Source: Octopus bimaculoides (lineage: Eukaryota). Taken from it: a stretch of 34,658 bases of DNA. The notes beneath the pieces were generated by a model. That model saw only the letters and a list, made by a program, of their open reading frames with translations, was not told the origin of the DNA and ran no database searches. Every line of letters starts with the position of its first letter. The first letter of the stretch is position 1. The position numbers and the translations under genes are program-made. Shown in pieces: positions 34,274 to 34,658 of the stretch. The stretch spans positions 33,436,088-33,470,745 of the forward strand of contig NC_068999.1 in the NCBI RefSeq assembly GCF_001194135.2. Direction: 5' to 3'.

Positions 34274-34376
34274 TGTACCTGATGAGACCCAGACTGCAAA
34301 ATGGATGCAACACATGTCGAACGGAGCCTCACCCATAAGGGACAGTAGCAGGATGGGTTGAAACGACCGTTGTGCA
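34274..34376 (+). ncRNA. Type-I hammerhead-ribozyme-like motif with intact core and extended helix II
   Basis: TGTAC-CTGATGA-GACCCA...TGGGTT-GAA-ACG(ac)CGT-T-GTGCA. Confidence 0.65.
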
Positions 34377-34494
34377 AAATAAAGATTAATCCCAAATCCA
34401 CCTTCTCGTTACTTTAATAATAAAGCATATTACTCTATCTCCAGCATTCGAGTACTTTTTTTCCCACTTTGTTTCACATTTATGCGCTTACTCT

Positions 34495-34532
<38 letters not shown>

Positions 34533-34658
34533 CATAAATATATAGGGATTGACAGTAACCTGCTTCTCCAACATACTGAGAATTCAGAAATAGCAGTCAA
34601 AGAACTACTGATTTCAAAACTACAAATTATTACTCCAGATTGATAGCGATATTTTATT

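Overview
Repeat-dominated animal genomic DNA from a fragmented draft assembly, with 12 N-gaps totalling about 5.8 kb (~17%). The SINE families and microsatellite load look like a coleoid cephalopod, probably Octopus; this is inferred from recognition, not from a database search. No intact protein-coding gene is supported. Almost all ORFs in the track are microsatellite or N-gap artefacts, or pieces of decayed transposases. Identifiable content: two mariner, two maT-like and three Tc1-type relics (one near-complete with DD36E spacing), a hAT MITE with an 8-bp TSD, a 5'-truncated RLE-type (R4/Dong-like) LINE, a Gypsy-like gag relic, about ten tRNA-derived SINE copies and many SSRs. The main unexplained signal is 11 motifs with minimal type-I hammerhead-ribozyme topology of the Penelope-associated kind (self-complementary helix III). 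Three have intact cores, four share the same U4C change, and four form the arms of two long palindromes. A few candidate minus-strand exons and two CAGGTN motif clusters hint at a host gene or enhancers but are weak.
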